Below, one piece after another: positions 59,271 to 64,000 of a stretch of DNA of 64,000 nt. The translations under genes were made by a program, and so were the position numbers. Source of the stretch: Malacoraja senta (lineage: Eukaryota); NCBI GenBank assembly GCA_038087875.1, contig JAXLNO010000575.1, positions 62,001-126,000 on the forward strand. Reading direction: 5' to 3'. Below the pieces are notes generated by a model. That model did not search any database and was not told where the DNA came from. It saw only the letters and a list, made by a program, of their open reading frames with translations. Within the stretch, counting starts at the first letter, position 1; every line of letters begins with the position of its first letter.

Positions 59271-62200
59271 ATGGCGTCTACATCTAAATCTTCATCTCAC
59301 TGCTCTGCTATCAATTGCTCTAATCGTCAATGTAAACGACCCGACCTGTCATTCTTTAGGTTCCCCGATAAAACAGAAAGGTGAGAAAATATATTATATT
59401 TGACATCTGTCGATTTTATTCTGAACTGAAAATGTTATTTTCTGTTCTCCCATCAACGGTCATTGGGAAACTAGGTTTGTCGGTACTTTAGAAAGTTAGT
59501 AGAATTAGTTTTAATAAATCTTTATTTACCAATAATGAAGTCAATAATTGTAACACTTCTGTACGTTTTTGGTTTTGTTCTTGTAAGGCAGGGGTCTCCA
59601 AAATATGGCCCGCGTTATGGACACATTAGGCCCAGTGACCACCAGATTTTTCGAGCTCAGATTCGAATCCGAGAATGCGGCGGCTGTTACCCGTTATGTC
59701 CCTGGAATTGTCGAGACACCACAAGCAAAGATCACAAGCCCGCCGTGAAGAAGGGCAATCAAAGATTATAAAACTCCACTCGCTCTATAATCTTTGGGGC
59801 GGGGGGTTCGGCGGCGGCGGCGGCGGTCGGAATCAAAAATACGAGAGGAGCTCTGCTCTATAATCTTTGGTCGGAATGGGACGGCTGCGCGTTATAACGT
59901 GCCATCGTTCCACTCTCCCTCTCCCCCTTCTCCCTCTCCCCTTCTCCCTCTCCCCCTTCTCCCTCTCCTCCTTCTCCCTCTCCCCCTTCTCCCTCTCCCC
60001 CTTCTCCTTCTCCCTCTCCCCTTCTCTCTTTCCCCTTCTCTCTCTTTCCCCTTCTCTCTCTCAGCGCTGGGACACCAACACGGAGCGGGCGATGCCTTGT
60101 CGGGTCGCCGCTCCGGAGTGCTGTGACCGCAGACCACCAACATCGAGGGTCTGCGGTCTGCGGTCTGAGGGCGTCCCGCCGCAGGCGGACGGCGCTGGAT
60201 TGAAAACACCGCGGAGTCAGAATCGATCTCTCTCCCCCTTATCTCGATCTCTCTGTCCCCTCTCTTCTCTCGATCTCCCTCCCTCTCTCCCTCCCTTTCC
60301 TCTCTCCCTCCCTTCCCTCTCTCCCTCCCTTCCCTCTCTCCCTCCCTTCCCTCTCTCCCTCCCTTCCCTCTGTGTGAGAGTTGGCAACCCTGCAATGCCT
60401 TAGGTCCAAAAGAGGATAGAAAGAAAATACTTAATGGTCTTTGTAAGAAGTTTTTAATATTCTCTTCTACATTTAAGGTAAATTGACATATTAGAGGCAA
60501 AATGCATCTTCAATATACAGGTCTCTCCACACAACTGAAAACAATTGCACTTAAGTGATACATCATCCATTCTGCAGGCATGTAGTTATAATCACTTTTT
60601 TTCTTATTAGTTAATCCTAAATGATATGTTCTGTAATTTCAGATGTCAACAGTGGGTCCAGAATACTCGTCGACAAGATCTCCTGCACCGAACTCCGCAG
60701 TACTTGTCAGCCAACTGTTGTCTTTGTTCTTTACACTTTGAACTTGACCAGTTTTCCAACAAGCAGACCAAGAACAGGCTAAATTGGAATGCAGTTCCAA
60801 CGCTCTTTGACATTCCTAACCCGCCAAAACGTCTGTCTTCCCAACGCAGGTTACTCAAGAGGAAGAATGAGAACCTCCCATCCTCACCAACGCCTTTAAA
60901 ACAGCAAAGAGGCAAGTAATTTTCTCCTTTTTAAAATAAAATATATTCTCTCACTTTGGCTAAATATTAAAAAATTATATCCAAACTGATATAATTGCTA
61001 ATGGTCAATATGTAATGGCATGTATGGTACTTTTATTTTCATTTGTGAAATGTTCTCAAAACTATAATCACACATAAGACTACACAGTGTGGGCTGATGG
61101 AATGCGTACTAGTATTTAATTAAAGTAAGAACATCCATTTAAAGCTTCCTCAAGCATAATTCATACAACATTTAAATTGATTTAATCTTTTTAAAATCTT
61201 CAAAAAATCAAGATCATGATTTTCTTCTGTTAGATTGAAATTGGTGCATCACATCTATTTTTAATTAATTATTAGTAGATGCTGATTTATTTACATGTAT
61301 GTGCTTCATCTTTTTCATTAGTATCCTTGACATTTATTTTTCCCTTTCTCATTTTTTTTTGTCTTGGCAGTGTCACACAACATACTGGCCGAACATTCTT
61401 ACTGTTCAGCTGCAGACAAAGTTCATCGTAAAGAACCCAGCAATGTCTTTACAACTCCTGAAAAAGCTGATCTTCAATCCACACCAAATGTGAATGACAG
61501 CAGAGCTCTGAAGAAGGAAAGACAGCGTACTTTCCGCCTAAAAAAAAGAGTACAACAGATTAAATTATCAATGGGAAAGAAAACTAGAGAAATTAAGACA
61601 ATTAGTGACTTGATCAGAGGGGCTGGTGAATTTTTACAAGAACCAGCACTGTCTTTCTTTGCGTCGCAGTTGCGTAATGCGTCCGGACGTAGAAGTGCAA
61701 GAGGAAGACGATGGAGTTATTCAGACAAGGTGGTTGGCTTGTCCCTCTACCACCAGAGTCCCCGGGCATATCAGTTCTGCCAGTGCATTTTCACACTTCC
61801 ATCAATCTCATCACTACATAGGTGGTTAAGCAATATTGAAGTGAGGCCTGGGTTTCCCCCTAAGATCTTTGAACTTTTGAAAGACAGGGTTGCGGGGATG
61901 TCAGAGAGGGATACATTATGTGTAATCTCCTTTGACGAAATGAGTTTACGTGCAAGCCTCTCTTACAATATTACTGAAGATTCAGTGGAAGGTTTTGAGG
62001 ACTTTGGATCATGCCAACCATGCTCTAGTTTTCATGGTTAGAGGCTTGATGGGGAAATGGAAGCAACCTGTAGGTTACTTTCTTTCACGGGACTGCACAA
62101 TGGCTGACAAACTGCAAACATTACTCAATGAATGTTTACAGAAGGTCAAGGCTATTGGACTACAGCCTAAGGCCGTTGTTTGTGACCAAGGCCAAAGCAA

Positions 62201-63620
62201 TATTCGACTGTACTCCAAATTGGGTGTGACAGAAGACCATCCTTTCTTCGTCCACGGGGGAACCAATATCTATTGCATGCATGACCCACCCCACTTGTTG
62301 AAAAACACTCGCTCAAATTTGGAGAAATATGTTTTTGAGGTCAAGGGAGAGGATGGCAGAAAAAAACATATCAAATGGGCGCATATTTACACATTTTATG
62401 AGCATGATTCACAGTTGCCCATTAGAAAAGCCCATAAATTAACCAGAGGCCATTTTGTTTTAAACAGCTTCTCTAAAATGAGAGTCAACAAGGCTGCGCA
62501 GGTGCTTAGCCATTCGGTAGCAGCAGGCGTCTACACCTATGCAGCTCTTGGAAAGTTACCTGGGGAGGCTGTTTATACGGCAGAGTTCATTGAAATGGTT
62601 GATGGACTGTTTGACTCATTTAACAGCAGGTTTTTCAAGGACCCCAAACTGTTAAGGAGGCCTATGTCAGAAAAGTCTGCGCATAAGTCATTCTTTGAAT
62701 CATGCTTGACTGTACTCCGAAGCTTGACAGTGCTTGGAGCTAAAAATGTGTTGTTTGTCAAGGGATGGCGGCTTGCAATTTCTTGCATTTCACAGCTGTG
62801 GCAGCACATAAAGGAAAGCACAGACGCCCGTTTTATGTTTACATCTCGGATCAATCAGGATGTTGTAGAGAATTTGTTCTCCACTATTCGGCGAAAGGGC
62901 GGATTCAGAGAAAATCCATCAGCGAAGGAGTTTCGATGTGCTTTCCGGATGGTTATGGTGGCTGAACTGATAAAGCCATCTGTGAGTGCAAACTGTTCCC
63001 CCGACTCAGACAGATTTATCTTAACATTGCAAACACTAACAAAAAACAGAGTCAAGAAACCATCTCCATCTTTCTCCCATACCAATAAAACAAAACAGCA
63101 CAATGCAGTCTGCAGCATTCCACTAGATCTCCCTGAAGAGAATACACTAGCTTACATCGCAGGACACATCTGTCACAAAATCATCTCTTCACATGAACTG
63201 TCCTCAAAATGCCACACATGCAGAGAAGTTCTATTACGAACGGATGCCACTTTAGTAGATCCTGCACTCATATTCATCCATCACAAAGCATACGACACAT
63301 CAACGTCTGACTTTGGCTCATTGATGGTGCCTTCGGAATACTTTCTTGGGTTCTGTGAAGTGTGCGAGAAAGTGTTCCGCACAGAATTTGATGATGTTAA
63401 GATGACCAGGGATAACATTTCCCATCTAATAAACACAGCAATACATAACACACAGCAATACAAAGACATGAACTTGTGCTGCAATAGAGTCAAGATTAGA
63501 ATTGTAGCAATCTTTGTGAGTATACACATGCACTATGGACTCAAATTCAAGAATAGAAAAATGCATAACATGACTGTTAAAAGGAGTTGTAAAAAACTTC
63601 AAAAAGTGGAACATAAATAA
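59271..63620 (+). pseudogene. THAP-domain P-element transposase (THAP9-like), 3 coding exons (59271-59380, 60643-60911, 61371-63620); one frameshift at ~62010
   Basis: THAP: CSAINC..FFRFP|RCQQW..CSLHF..AVPTLF. Catalytic-core motifs: ISFDEMSL, VCDQGQSN, HDPPHLLKN.R, KMRV..AAQV, NQDVVENLFSTIR..GG...NP. AATAAA at the stop. Confidence 0.88.
59912..60370. repeat. Polypyrimidine simple repeats and hAT-MITE-like ends in transposase intron 1
   Basis: (ctccctctccccctt)n tracts; caggggtctccaaa at ~59589; gttggcaaccctg at ~60380. Confidence 0.6.
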
Positions 63621-63669
63621 AGTGCATAATTTTCAGACATTATTTATTTGAAGTTATACTATTGTTCAA

Positions 63670-64000
63670 GTTCGTTCAATTGAGTTTATTGTCATGTGTT
63701 CCTGATTGTACAATGAAATTCTTGCTTTGCTTCAGCACAACAGAACATAGTAGGCATTGACTACAAAACAGATCAGTGTGTCCATATACAATTATATAAA
63801 TTTATACACACATGAATAAATAAACTGATCAAGTGCAAATAACAGATAATGGGCTATTAATGTTCAGAGTTTTGTCCGAGCCAAGTTTAAAAGCCTGATG
63901 GCTGTGGGGAAGTAGCTAATCCTGAACCTGGTCGTTGCAGTCTTCAGGCTCCTGTACCTTCTACCTGAAGGCAGCAGGGAGATGAATGTGTGGCCAGGAT
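63670..64000 (-). mobile_element. Rex1-type LINE 3' end, running off the window
   Basis: ctgatggctgtggggaagtagct...ctcctgtaccttctacctgaaggcagcagg...tggccaggat resembles the reverse-complement Rex1 C-terminus seen at 350-500. Confidence 0.6.

Noticed and set aside
59794..60500. Leu/Pro/Ser-rich and Arg/Gly/Glu-rich ORFs
   Set aside because: Translations of intronic polypyrimidine simple repeats

Overview
Eukaryotic, TE-saturated vertebrate genomic DNA. The repeat content (CR1 LINEs with (ctattgt)n tails, HE1/V-type tRNA SINEs, abundant Penelope-derived short repeats) points to a cartilaginous fish, probably a skate or ray; this is inference. There is one clear host gene, a CXCR1/CXCR2-like chemokine receptor (minus strand, ~52.2-53.3 kb), whose canonical Ser/Thr tail lies out of frame. 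Almost everything else is mobile DNA, often deeply nested, and many junctions can be read exactly. The main elements are: a DIRS tyrosine-recombinase retrotransposon with ITR/ICR termini whose two flanks come from different L1s; an L1-in-L1-in-L1 nest that also holds a nearly intact L2; a probable ~14 kb non-autonomous Helitron holding a hAT element and an IR/DR Tc1, the Tc1 split by an L1 with a twin-priming 5' inversion; a Penelope GIY-YIG fragment with at least 7 dispersed hammerhead-ribozyme-like cores; and an intron-containing THAP/P-element transposase with one frameshift. I found no rRNA, genuine tRNA gene or CRISPR array. All alignments were done by eye and no database search was run.
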